Shown: in pieces, positions 24,690 through 36,180 of the stretch
Numbering within the stretch: position 1 is the first letter of the stretch
How the letters are laid out: every line of letters starts with the position of its first letter
NCBI GenBank assembly: GCA_973895155.1
Contig: OZ316891.1
Coordinates: 29,065,611 to 29,129,610 of the forward strand
Origin: Marsupella aquatica
Taxonomy: Eukaryota > Plantae > Marchantiophyta
Reading direction: 5' to 3'
DNA: 64,000 bases
Program-made: the position numbers and the translations under genes
Notes under the pieces: generated by a model
What the model was told of the DNA's origin: nothing
What the model saw: only the letters and a program-made list of their open reading frames with translations
Databases searched by the model: none

Positions 24690-27417
24690 ATGGCCATGGC
24701 GAGCGTCTGCTGCAGCTCGCCGACGAGGCCCTTCGTTAGCTCAGGCAGTGCCTCCTCCTACATTGTGGAGCAAGTCCCAACAGCAGTCGGAGAAGTGGTG
24801 GTGCCGGTGGCCGAGCCTATGATCCGGGAGACTCCGACTATCCATTCTGTGACGATTTTTGATCGTCAACGCCGTGTTACTCACAAATTCTCAGTCGCTG
24901 AGGTACTGCTCCTTCCGAATCTGAGATTGAGTACTCTCTCCATCTCTCACACCGGTCTCACATGTGAGGATATCGCTTCTGAAGGGTTTGTGTCGTGGTC
25001 GGCGCTGAAGGATCGCATGATCTTATTGTAAGAGATAGATCATGCATCTGAATGGGCTTGTGAAAACTTAGAAACGAAATTGTATTCCTATTTTTGTAGA
25101 GGTGAACCGCACGAATTGTCGATGGAAGAGAATGCATGCATGCAACCACTGAATGGATGAATGTAAAGTCCACGGGGACCCAAACCTGGGCGACGGTACC
25201 AACGCATTACGTAGATTTTAATGAATTAATCAGGAGTCACGGACCACAGTAGTCGGGCAGCTAATTCAAAAGACTGCCTAGCTAACAAATATAAAACCCA
25301 TGATCTGAAGTAGAGGCGTAACAAATTGACCATCTGAATTGTAAGACGTCTGAGAGAAGCAAATCCACCGAAGTCCTGACCTAGTTCGGTCATCAAATTC
25401 ACAATCCAACAGCAAATGTTTCTTAGATCCACTGCTTCATACTTGCAATGATAACGTTAGAGCTCTCATCTTTGGATTGGAGAAGAATTAGGCATGCATG
25501 AAAACCTAAGTTCTGGTCGATTACTAAAAATGGATATTGAGGGCCATTGAGGAGGTCTTTTGGTAATCTAACCGGCCAATTGACTCTAATTTTCTAGAAT
25601 TTGAACCCTCACAATAGTGTCCGCGTTGTGATGACCGTCTCAATGGCAGCGCTTTGTTGCAGTCCTGAGTGAATAGAGATGGAACGATGCTGCCAGGTGA
25701 GGGACTAGGTTTCACCTGACACGGTAGTAATCGGAGCTCTTAATGTGTTCTTGTAAACTTGACTTGTGAACTGCTGCAGAACCAATATATCCTCAAAGCT
25801 GCAGAGGGTCATAATTTACAGCTGCCTGCTTCTTGCAGACAAGGTGAGTAAGCTATCTGGCTACACTCTCTCAGTTTTTTTGAAGGTGTTGTTGTTTTTG
25901 GTAGTTGGGGATTCTGATGTGATTGATCTCATCTACGGTCCAGCTCTAGCCTTCGCTGCACAAGCGGTGACGGGTAGTTTTATGCTCTCAGACGTGTCAC
26001 AATTGGAGAATTGTCGATATCTGGAACATGAGAAAATCTGGACTGAATGTGAGGACAAAACTTCCTCTACGGCGAACCTCCTTACATAGAAATTGTACTA
26101 CAACCGAGCTGCCAACGAAAAATTTGTCGAATATATGAAATTACATTCGCAGTTCCCAATGATGATAAGCCTCCCAGTTAATTATGGGAATTCTCAGACG
26201 GTTAAGCTCAAAGTAGAAGAAAATTCGGGTTTTTTTTAATCAATACTTGAAATCATCAAGGGAAGCTTTGGAATTGTAGTAACTCCCGGGCTATTTGGAC
26301 AGGATGTTGCACAGCATGCGCTGTACGAGTCAGATCAGGACAATTGTCCCAGCCTGAAGCTCTCGGCATCGCTGCTGTTCTCAAGGAGAAGGTATGATGG
26401 AGTCCTTCTGGTCTTAATGTTATCTAAAAGAACAAGATGCTGAACATGTCTTTACCTTATAATGTATTTTTGTAATGAAAATCAAATGGTTTTAGAACAG
26501 GGTATCCATCAGGTCAATGGGAGATATATTGTTTACAAAAGACGTTTGATGTCCACAAAGACATCCAGGTAGAGATCCCACTGATTACGGGCCCCTTTTT
26601 CTCTGTTTGAATCTGCAGGGTTATGGCCTCCTCTGTGTAGGATATGCTCTTTCTGATCTCGAATTAGAAACTCAAGACGAAGATGAGGTAAGAGATCCAT
26701 GTTTGCTATAAGTGAAATTTTTGCTTGCAGCTGGCTATGATTCACTTAACGTCTTATTTAACTGGGGGACACTACTCCCGAAGTTAGATTTCGCATATGT
26801 CACGTAGTGATAGTAAAATTTGTTATCTGATCATCTCACGATGGTTCTCGTCATTCAGGTTTACATGATGCAATTCGGTCGATATCATGGGCAGGGGACA
26901 ATTGTAAGTTCATGAACTGGTGTGGTATTGTCCTTTATGTTTATGCTATGTTGCAAAGAGTATGCGCCCTATTGCTATTGCTACCCTCTGCAATACCACA
27001 CGAAGATTTGGTTAACTTCGGATTGTGGAAATCCACGAGAGCCTTTGCTTCCCCATGAACGGTCAACCTGGAAAGAAAAAAATGCGTTTTTGCTTTCACC
27101 ACATCCTGCAGAGTTGCAATTGTTGACCAGGGGACGGATTTACTAGACATTCTCTGAGGGATTGCAAACTTAGATTTGACGTTCAAATTTCCCTTCGTTA
27201 TTTGTCTGGATCGCATCTTCTGCTATCCATACTGAGAAGGCGAGTATTGTTCTGAATTATTCGTATGCAGTAACGCAAAGATTGGTAAACATACCCTGAG
27301 AGTCAATCTCCTCAATTTTGTGAGCTCATCAGGCTTCACCTTACTGACCCGTTTTCATTTGTTGCGATTTTACAGGTTAAGGATGATTATGCGCTTGACC
27401 TTTTTATCGAAGATTAA
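24690..27417 (+). CDS. FdC2: Ferredoxin C2-like [2Fe-2S] protein with C-terminal extension, 173 aa; exons 24690-24902, 25780-25843, 26303-26391, 26619-26687, 26859-26903, 27376-27417
   Basis: Spliced with GT-AG introns, in frame: ...HSVTIFDRQRRVTHKFSVAE|NQYILKAAEGHNLQLPASCRQG|CCTACAVRVRSGQLSQPEALGIAAVLKEK|GYGLLCVGYALSDLELETQDEDE|VYMMQFGRYHGQGTI|VKDDYALDLFIED*. Has Cx4Cx2C...C cluster ligands and the FdC2/Fed2 signature ETQDEDEVYxxQFGRY. Confidence 0.92.
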
Positions 27418-29178
27418 GTTGTACAACATTTCAGTTTTACTGGTACTTATCGTAGGAACCCTACTTTTAAGGAAGAGACGATGCTGCAGGACTGCGGAAG
27501 ATTCAAGTTCTCTGGCAGTAGATTACCATCAGCTTCGATTCTTGATCGAGGCATATGAAGGGTTAAGATTGCTGTGACTGGTATTCTTATTATGGAAGAG
27601 TCCTTGAGATCGCTCGGGGTTGTAATTTTTGTCGTTGGAGGTCCGTTTTAGTCTCTGATCCATGGAATATCATCTCGTCAGGACTAGAGGTCTTCAGAAG
27701 AATTCTTTTGCATTCAAGTCAGAATGAGAGGCCTACACTTCAGAAAAAGTATCCTAGCGACAGTTCACACGGATGGAAGAAATGTAAATGATATTACTGG
27801 ATCATTAAATTTAGTATGAATGAGGTCAAGTGATTTTGACCGATTTCAAGTTCTGTGCACTGCTCTTGAAGTTCAGGACGTTTCTCTTTCACGTTTGGGG
27901 ATCTCTATGGCTAATTTGAGTGTGTGAACTAATGAATTATAGAAAAGGTGAATTTGAAACACGAACGGGCTGAGTTATCAACCGAAAGAAAATCCCCGAA
28001 CAAGTTGCGAAGACAGCATTTTGATCTTGGCTTTGTCTTTCTGCACTTGGAGAATTCAAATGCATATTAAGGATTGTAATGTAATTCAGTTATTGGCTAA
28101 GGGTAATTGTAATGTAAATCAATTATTAGCTAAGGATTCCTGAGTCCCTGTGCGGGTCTCGAACAGAATCGTTTCTACGACTAGGGGGATTCCAGAATGA
28201 GAGCAAGGAAAACGAAATTATGAGCTTGTCAGCCGTGACTTGTGTCTTCAAGCTACCTGACAGGATAAGCGAGAAGTTCACTTCGATGCCTTCATCTGGA
28301 AAATTTGTCGTAGTGATTTGGTGACTGTCTACCACCATACTTGATGTTGGAAGCTTTGACAGAGAGATATGCCACCACTTAGTGGTCCGAGCCTGGAGTG
28401 AGAGACCAAAATTCACTACGACCACCCGCCAATGGTGTTCCATCAATACGTAGTGAATCGCAATGGAAGGGGAAAAGAAAATTAATGAAGAAATTGTAGT
28501 AGAGAGGAAAGAAGTTCAAGCACGGATGACTGAGCCGGTGACCCATTGGACCCCCAAGTGTAGTGGATGGACCGAGCCCTTGAATCATTGAACCCCCACG
28601 TATGGTGCCATTCTTTACACGTTCACTCATAGACACCATTATCCTTTCCAAAGAAAAATTAACAGCATGATTTGACCTTCAATTTCTGTCTAAATATCCA
28701 GCAAGCATCTTTTAAGCACTTCGGCACTAAAGTTGCCTGGAATTACAATAGTGACGCTGTTTTTTCAATATTTATAATAATGATGATAAGTGCACGCCCT
28801 TTCTACGTAAAGTCCAAACTGCACTTATCAAGGGTTTTGCAGTTGTGATGTCATGAAATGATTCCAAGCCTAATTGCATTTAGAAAAGGTGCCATAACGG
28901 AGAGTCTCCTCTGTAGGAGCTCATTTCATTTGGCACCCCCCATTGATATTATATTCCTGCTCCTCTTGGCTGGAGTCACGGTCTAGGAGCTTGACTCTAG
29001 ACAATAGCCTTTATTCAATCTTCTCTTCACTCTTGTATCGTTAGATTGTGGTCAACTCTCTTTTCACACAGGATTTGTGAGAATGACCTTTGTGTGGATG
29101 GTCACAACTACACAAGAGTAACAACCCAGATGAAAATGAAGTAGAAGCTTTGACAGGTTTGTCGATGTGTTTGCGTCC

Positions 29179-30231
29179 ATGTCGAATGAAGAAGCTACTG
29201 AACAGCCGCATGGAATCGGGCACCTGCTGGCAGAAGAAGCACCGCCGCGTTCTGCTTCCTCTGCTGCTGCAGCGTCCCGTTGGCGTCTGCTGAGGAGATT
29301 CTTGTTGACATCCCGCAGAGGCTCAGCAGCAGTTGATGATGATGATGCTCAAATCACAGAAATCTCCAGAAGGCCTGCTGGGCGATACAATCTTGTGGAG
29401 TTGCAGGTTGGTACTCCACACCACCATCATGAAGTGACGCAGTATGATTCTTCAGAAGAATCTGGTTTGGGGTGTTTGGACACATCAGACGTCGTAGTGG
29501 ACTACGTCCTCCCTGTGCCTGACAAGAGAATCAAGTTGACTATCCGGCAGCGTCGAGAGGGGTTCTTGAAACTACGTGATGTTGCAGCTTGTGGGGAGAA
29601 GTCCATAGACAGCACAGGCATTGTTTGTTTGTGGCCCGCGGAGGAGGTCTTGACCTACTTTTGTGCAAGGCATTCAGAAATCTTCAGCAACAAAACCATC
29701 ATTGAGCTCGGATCAGGTTATGGGTTGGGAGGACTTGCCATAGCCGCATGTACAGATGCAGCTGAAGTTGTAATCACCGATGGAAATCCTCAAGTGGTTG
29801 ATTACATTAGACACAACATAAATGCAAATGCTCGTGCCTTTGGGAACACCTTTGTGAGAAGTTCAGCTCTGTATTGGAGTCGAGACCAGACTCCCCTTGC
29901 TGGAAAGGCTTTTGACCTCGTTGTTGCTGCCGATTGTACATTTTTCAAGGACTTCCATGTGGACTTGGCCTGCACTATCAAATCACTTCTGGGGACGTCA
30001 AAAAGTAGCCAGGCCATCCTCTTTAATCCAAGACGAGGAAACACCTTGGATCTGTTCGTGCACGTTGCTGAGAGTCATGGGTTGATTGTAGAGATGAAGG
30101 AACATTATGATGCAGAGGTGTGGGCCATCCATCAACGATTTCTGAAGGGTGATCAGACAGGATGGCCCAACTATGACAGCAATCACTGTTACCCTATATT
30201 TCTTTCGTTGAGAGAGCACAACGGGATATGA
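29179..30231 (+). CDS. CaMKMT: Calmodulin-lysine N-methyltransferase (METTL21/Methyltransf_16 family), 350 aa, single coding exon
   Basis: RWRLLRR N-terminal motif; IDSTGIVCLWPAEEVL; SAM motif I IIELGSGYGLGGL; VVITDGNPQVVDYI; FDLVVAADCTFFKDFH; PRRGNTL; WPNYDSNHCYP C-terminus typical of plant CaM KMT. First ATG is at 29179 (the ORF track starts at an upstream GTG). Confidence 0.92.
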   Translation: MSNEEATEQPHGIGHLLAEEAPPRSASSAAAASRWRLLRRFLLTSRRGSAAVDDDDAQITEISRRPAGRYNLVELQVGTPHHHHEVTQYDSSEESGLGCLDTSDVVVDYVLPVPDKRIKLTIRQRREGFLKLRDVAACGEKSIDSTGIVCLWPAEEVLTYFCARHSEIFSNKTIIELGSGYGLGGLAIAACTDAAEVVITDGNPQVVDYIRHNINANARAFGNTFVRSSALYWSRDQTPLAGKAFDLVVAADCTFFKDFHVDLACTIKSLLGTSKSSQAILFNPRRGNTLDLFVHVAESHGLIVEMKEHYDAEVWAIHQRFLKGDQTGWPNYDSNHCYPIFLSLREHNGI

Positions 30232-32126
30232 CTCATGAGGGGTAACACACAATGTGCAAAGTTCTCTTCATAATAATGTTGTTGCCCATTATTGGTCGAG
30301 AACAGGTTATAACAAAACATCACGCTCTCTTTGCTGTCAGCTCGTGTCATTATTGAAAGCAGCGCTTTGTCCAAATAAAATCCAAACCGATTTGTCAATG
30401 CTGAGAAACGAAGTACGACCTCTCACCATCGTTCTCTCCTACCAGAGCTTGTAGCTCTAACAATTACAGTTGCCTACCCTTCCAGGGAATCACCACTGTT
30501 GTCAGCAAATAGCACAATTGATGCCGTAGCACTGCCAAACTCTTGCCTGGAAAGTCTCCTTGGAAAGCTTTGGCACATCAAAGAAACCCTGCCTGATCCT
30601 GCCCAAGCTATTCCCCCAAAGGCATCTGTTACTGACAACATTAGTTCGTACGCAATAACGAGGGACAGGTTCTTTTTAGGAAATGCGAAACACTCCTGCG
30701 CTCACAACAAACCAGAAATAAAACGTTTGTAAGCTCTCAGATTTTTTTTTATGAGATCTCTGCAACGAGCCACAACGCAATCATTGTCAATGCTCATCAC
30801 ATTCAAAAAAACTGATGGACTAGAAACTCAAACCCAATCCAAATTTGTTCAGTACAAAAACTTTCTTCTGAAGTTTAGAGTTGTGAGCGCCAAGGCAATC
30901 AATGAAACTTGAAAAGGTGCAATGGTCCATTGCAAGACCTTTCCAATGCGGCAATGATATATAAGTCTTAACAAGATCCCTAGCTCTCACAGGTAGACCT
31001 TTGATGCCTTCATGACTCCAATGTGACTTCGAAATATGGACACGTAGTACTGCTGTGAGTTACTACAATTGTTTTGGTCACAAAGATTGGGCCCTCAAAC
31101 TAGAATTAGTGCAACCAAGAGGCGATTATAGATTGAGCAACTCAAAACCAGAACTTAGGTCTTTAGCGAACAATTGTCCATTGGGAGTTTCAAGCAAACT
31201 AGTTCGTTATGGTTAGGATCAATTTTTCTGCAGCGTAGTTGTGAAATGTCTAGAACTTCAAAGAGAATTGATGTATGCAACGTACCTAAACAGTGATACC
31301 TGCTTTTCATGGTTGAGTGACTGACGAGTGGCAGTTATGAGTAAGTGAAAGTATCTTGTAGATCTTGAGCAAGACCGTTTCTTGTTCAGTTGTGAGACAG
31401 ATATATTATGTGCGGGTTTCTAGATTTTGATCTGTAGGTTTATATCATGTTGAGAGCGATAGCAGACATTACAGTTGATTTCCGGTTGCTTGGATAGATG
31501 TATAAAGGCATGTGTGATCTCGTCACTGTCTTGCTGTCATGGAGTTCTTCTCTAGGGAAGATTTGTTCCGATTGGAATGGCCTTTCTACAATGATTTATG
31601 AACTTTAGCTGTGATTTTCTCTCAGCTCTGGATTCTGACCAGTCTTTCTCAGAATTATTGGTGGCGGTATCCCGAACCTTTCACTCGTTTGTAGGCTAAC
31701 AACTTTGTCAGGTTGCTTTTCTCCAATCTCGCGAACTTTTCTCGACACGCTGCTGATACGCTCTCCCAAAAATCATTCGAGACAGCCTGTCGTTTTACGA
31801 GTGAAATGCATCGCGATCGAGATCGAGATTCACAATTCACAATTCCCACATCTCCCAAACAGTCTCCAACATTGCCGCATATGTTTACTTTGTCATCATT
31901 AGAGAATATTCCCTTTCGTTAGGAACACAAGACACAAAAAGTTTTTGAATCCATGCACAATGATCTGCCGACAGATAATCATGTGGACGATCAGAACAAC
32001 ATTCATCTTCCTGACTTACTTCCGAGAGCAATATGTACACAAGGTCGTCCTGTTTTGAAATAGATAAGTTCCACCTAAGATGAAAAAGTAGAGTGGCAAC
32101 TCCTGCCTTGAAAACTTGGGGGAGTG

Positions 32127-35073
32127 TCACAGTCTGCGCCGGAAGAGGCCATATGATACAGTCTGTCCAGCGGTATTACTTGTGCGGGGAATGCGTCGTA
32201 GAAAGATGAAATTCCAAGCTGTTGTACTGAAGGTGAGGAACAGAACCACTCCCACAAATCCAAGGACGGATCCAATCTCGAAAGCCTGGAGCGAAATAAA
32301 TTCCGAAACCTCCTGAGAAATGAAAATGGTATGGACCCAGACAGAACCCCATGGTCCCCGAACTGTATTGTTGTCACACTGATTCCAGTATTTAGGGTTT
32401 TGCCATAACGCGAAACACTTCGCCGTGAGAGGATCGCCACACAATTGGCTGTTCCCTGGTACATAGGAGGAGTTTTCGAAGCGTGTGTTGAAAGGTGGTT
32501 GACCTATTGAGGGGATAGGGCCGAAGAGATTGTTGTTGAAAAGGTTGAGAACTCCCAGGTAGCTGAGATTGGAGAGCTCAGGAGGGATGGTCTTCGACAA
32601 CCTGTTGTCGGAGAGGTCCAACGATTCCAACTGGGTCAGCGATCCCAAGCCGGGGATGATGGGACCTGTGAACTGGTTGCTAGATAGATTCAAATATAGA
32701 AGTCCTACGAGACTATCCAGCTCCGGAGGGATGACGCCTGTGAGGTTGTTTCTGGAGAGATCGATGGCCGTGATGGACACCAGGACATACTCGTACTCCC
32801 TCTCTTGTCCTTTGACAGTCAACAGAAATTCCTCAAACAAGGTCGGCAAGCTGGTATCATTCTTAGGCCCTTGAAAGCCGAGCAGCTCGCTCAGGGACCT
32901 CGCCGGTATCTTCCCCGAGAGCAAGTTCTCCGAAAGATCTAAAACCTGCAATTTGGGAAGACTCCAAATCCAAGAAGGAATGTCACCGCTCAGGTTGTTC
33001 CAACTTAGGCTGAGCACCCGCAATTCGGAGAACACCGCCGGGCTGAAATCAGGAATCCTGCCCTCGAAATTGTTCCTGCTCAAGTCCAGGAGGACCAAAT
33101 TCGTGCAATTGTGTAGAGTATTGGGAATCTCTCCGACCAAACTATTTTGAGATAAGGACAATGATTGCAGGGAAGACAGACCGGAGAAGTTTAATTCCAC
33201 ATGTCCCTCCAGGAAATTGTTGTTCAATCGAAGCGTCTTCAGAGCGAGGCAGTTGCTGAGAGACCCAGGTATCCGTCCCACTAAGTAATTCTCTTCGAGA
33301 TCGAGTACTTGGAGAGAGGACCGGTTTTTGTTGCACCAGATGGACCCAGGTATGTAGCCCACCAAGCTGTTGTGAGCGAGGTTGAGTGTGATAATTTCGC
33401 CTAGATTTTGAAAGCTGGCGGGAATGACACCCTGAAGGTAGTTGTTCTGCAAAAACAAGTCGGTCAGATTCTTCAAATTGCCTAGCGATGGGGGAATGCT
33501 TCCAGTCAAAGAATTGCTAAACAAGTACAATACCCTCAACGAGCGCAGGTCTCCAAGTGCCTTAGGAATCTCCCCATAAAACTGGTTAGTATCTAGATGC
33601 AGCACTTCCAGTTTTGTTAACGACCTCAGAACACTCTCTGGAATCGTCTGTGTGATGGTATTTGTCCCGAGATTGAGTAGTATGAGCTCCGAGCATTGAC
33701 TGAGCTCCTCGGGAATGGTACCACTGATATTATTCACGTAGAGGCTGAGAGACACGAGCCGAGACAGACTCCCAATCTGCGCTGGAATAGTGCCATTGAG
33801 TTCATTCTGTCCAAGGTTTAAGTCCTGCAAGCACGTCAGGTTCCCTATCTCGGCTGGAATCGCACCGCTTAATTTATTGTTCCACAACATCAAAATGCTC
33901 AAATTGGAAATAGCAGTGAGCTCCACCGGTAGCTCTCCTGTCAGCGCGTTCTCATACAAATATAATGTCGTCAGTGCGCTACATTTCCCAATCTCTGGAG
34001 GAATACTGCCACTCAGATTATTGCTCGATAGATCCACCCACTGAAGCTGTGAACAGTCACAAATTTGAGGTGGGAAACCCCCACTGAGGTTGTTACCAGA
34101 GATCCATATACCGGTCAGGCTATGCAACAAGCCTACAGATGATGGAATTTCTGTGAGACAATTATCGTGGAGATCAAGCCACTGCAGCGATGCACAGTTG
34201 CCAATCTCTGCAGGAATGGGTCCGCTCAACTGCGTGAGAGAACAGTCACTCCCATTGCTGGGCGCTGTGCCTGACATGGATAGATATACTAAACTAGTGA
34301 GCCTTCCCATTTCTGGTGGTATAGCTCCCGAAAAGAGATTTCCAGCGAGAATGAGCGAGACGAGGGCACTACAATCGCCAATAGACGGTGGAATTGCACC
34401 GGTGAGTCGGTTCCCATCGACTCGGAGATACTCTAGGTGCACCAGTTTACCAATTGTGTCAGGGAGGACACCACTAAGCTGGTTATCATGCAGGGAAAGC
34501 ACGACCAATTCCGTCAGGTTCCCCACCTCTAGAGGTATGGATCCCTGCAGACGCGGATTACTGGAGACCGAGAGAAGCATCAGGTTGCTGCAGTTCCCAA
34601 TCTCGGGAGGTAAACGACCGGAAATGCTGGTTGCCACAATCTCAAGGTCCATCAGGTTCCTGCATTGGCCAAGCTCAGCTGGTATGGACCCAGAAATGAG
34701 AGGATTATTGCTCAAGGATAGAAATTCCAAATTTTGCAGGAGCCCAAGTTCGGGAGGAATAGGCCCTGAAAATTGGTTCTCGCTGAGATCCAGGACTTCG
34801 AGCGCTCCACATTCACCCAGGGTAGACGGGATATTGCCGCCAAAATTGTTTGAAGAGATATTCAACAGCTGGAGGAACGGCAGCTGGTGGAGAAAAGGAG
34901 TCAAAACGCCGCTCAGATCAGCTTCACTCAGGTGCAAACCCGTAACTCTTTGGTCCGAATTGCAAAGGATTCCAGACCAGGAGCAGAAATTGGGATCCCT
35001 GGTTGTGTCCCAGTTGTCAAGCATTCCATACGGGTCACTCTCAATGCCCACCTTCAAAGTCATCAGAACCGTC
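32127..35073 (-). CDS. LRR receptor-like protein, main exon: LRRNT, 28 LRRs, island domain, 4 LRRs, LRRCT, TM, short cytoplasmic tail, no kinase
   Basis: Plant LxxLxLxxNxLsGxIPxxLG repeats; LRRNT DPYGMLDNW...CSWSGILC; island ending KGQEREY; GNSQLCG cap; TM IGSVLGFVGVVLFL with GxxxG; tail ends YGLFRRRL. TGCAG acceptor at 35074-35078 precedes the ORF. Confidence 0.93.
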
Positions 35074-35827
35074 CTGCAACAGAATCAGAGGTGATGATGT
35101 CGGTCAAGTATATAATTAACGCAAAGAACTGACTCGAATCATTAGTAAACCCTCAGATCGAAGAAGCAATATCTGAATGAGGATTTTGTATCCTCGTCAA
35201 CGACTTATCGTAAAGCACAAGAAGCACTTAGCTATGGGATTTGAACGGACTGCAAGAGCTCTATTACAGCCATTTCCTACACTATTCTCAGTACTGCATG
35301 GCTCCTGAAGCCACCAATTACGGTACTCCAACCTGACAAGACACTGACAAGAATAATGGACTCGGTCAAAGAGGATTCATTGATGCCTCGAGACAGATCG
35401 ATGGCGTACACCAAAGGTACTTTTACACTTACCACCGAATTGAGGCTGGACATAATTATGTGGGCATGTGGGTTAGCTCTCCTTACTGCTTTCACTGAAC
35501 AAAAAATATGTACAGCACTGACAAACGAGACGACCATCTCTTACCGCATTTTGACTTTCAAACGTCCATTCTTCGGTCTGTGGGTGGGAATTTGGCAAGC
35601 AATCAACCTCCGATTGCAAAGCCAGCTGTCCGGTCTGCGAAGGGCGATTGGACAGCAATCGAATTGACGACTAGCAGTGACAAGAATGGGAACAGAGACG
35701 ACCGTCAATGTGATGGTTCTCCCGAGCTTTGAAATAGCTATGCTAAGCTGCCGACGGATAATTTTAGGACAGAAGTCACCATCTCCGCAGCTTGCAAAGT
35801 TCTGAAGGTAAAGGCAAGAATACACAC

Positions 35828-36180
35828 CCGTCATCGAGCTCATTTCTGAATGATTGCTGTTCTTGGGCCAACTGAACGTTGCCACCTTCCTTCGAATACA
35901 ATGCTCCTTGCCCCGAGATTTCGCCAATGAGATGAGGAGTTTTACGACTTCTAACTCTCACCCGCGGACTGAACCATGGATAGTTACCAAAACTGAGGAG
36001 TGCTGCGTCGTGCCGGAAATTGCGAAGTCCGCCTCGCTTTTCCTTTGCAGCCCTCCAGTTCGACTCCAAGTACGTTGTATAAAGAGTACGTCGTTGGACT
36101 TGGAAAGCAAGCATCACGGTGATGTGCTGCAAGATGAGGATGACGGACAGGGACGAGCAAGAGCTGCGGACTGACACCAT
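35828..36180 (-). CDS. Probable exon 1 of the LRR-RLP (signal peptide plus ~90-aa N-terminal segment)
   Basis: ATG at 36180, then MVSVRSSCSSLSVILILQHITVMLA (signal-peptide-like). A phase-2 donor GG|GTGTGT at 35827 joins in frame to the 35073 acceptor, giving ...ELDDG-TVLMTLKVGIESDP. Extra phase-compatible micro-exons inside the intron cannot be excluded. Confidence 0.55.

Noticed and set aside
34090-35094. 334-aa + strand ORF with PISGG repeats
   Set aside because: Typical antisense open frame of LRR-coding DNA
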